In this document: positions 63,651 to 64,000 of the stretch, in pieces
How the letters are laid out: the number at the start of each line of letters is the position of its first letter
Position numbering within the stretch: position 1 is the stretch's first letter
Assembly (NCBI RefSeq): GCF_040938485.1
Contig: NW_027270944.1
Coordinates: forward strand, 1,488,001 to 1,552,000
Length of the DNA stretch: 64,000 nt
Reading direction: 5' to 3'
From: Diadema antillarum
Taxonomy: Eukaryota
Position numbers and translations under genes: made by a program
The notes under the pieces: generated by a model
Told to the model about the DNA's origin: nothing
Database searches by the model: none
What the model saw: only the letters and a program-made list of their open reading frames with translations

Positions 63651-64000
63651 AATGTATATTTTGTCCAAATTATGAATAAAAAATGTATGGAAATTTGGTT
63701 TTGTCACACATTCACCACGAACATATCCTGACAACAACAACAACATTACAATACATACATGTGTAACATCAAATGGATACTCAAAATTGCTATGTGATAC
63801 TGCAAGTGTTCTGTTGTTGATCATCGACAATGACATCTGTTATAGATGGCATCAGCAGATAAAATACATGTCGCATAAATCTGAGAAAGAAAACATGCTA
63901 GATTTATATTTCGGTTCATCATGCATTGTGGCTTTTATCAATCAACGATGTAACTATTAAATCAATAAGATTAGAAAAGTTGACATTATTATCGCCTTGA

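Overview
Intron-rich animal genomic DNA (AT-rich, microsatellite-rich, four N gaps). The repeat style suggests an invertebrate deuterostome, probably an echinoderm; this is inference. Five spliced protein-coding genes were reconstructed by hand from splice sites and reading-frame continuity: the 3' part of an SLC15/POT peptide transporter (+), a complete AKR1-type aldo-keto reductase (+, 9 exons), DNAJC12 (-, 4 exons) head-to-head with NUDT13 (+, 6 coding exons), and LARP7 (-, 9 coding exons) converging on NUDT13. Two introns (AKR intron 5, first coding intron of NUDT13) need non-canonical GC donors. Non-coding DNA is packed with non-autonomous DNA transposons (Helentron/HINE-like, Kolobok-like, piggyBac-like, PIF/Harbinger-like, pogo/Tigger-like, one with an apparent 6-bp TSD), two ~160-bp tandem arrays, an L2-type LINE 3' end, a decayed RLE-class non-LTR retrotransposon and a degenerate hammerhead-like motif. 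No rRNA, intact tRNA or CRISPR is supported. No clearly new multi-gene system was found; the best leads are protein-level peculiarities and transposon architecture. All homology statements rest on motifs recalled from known families, not on database searches.
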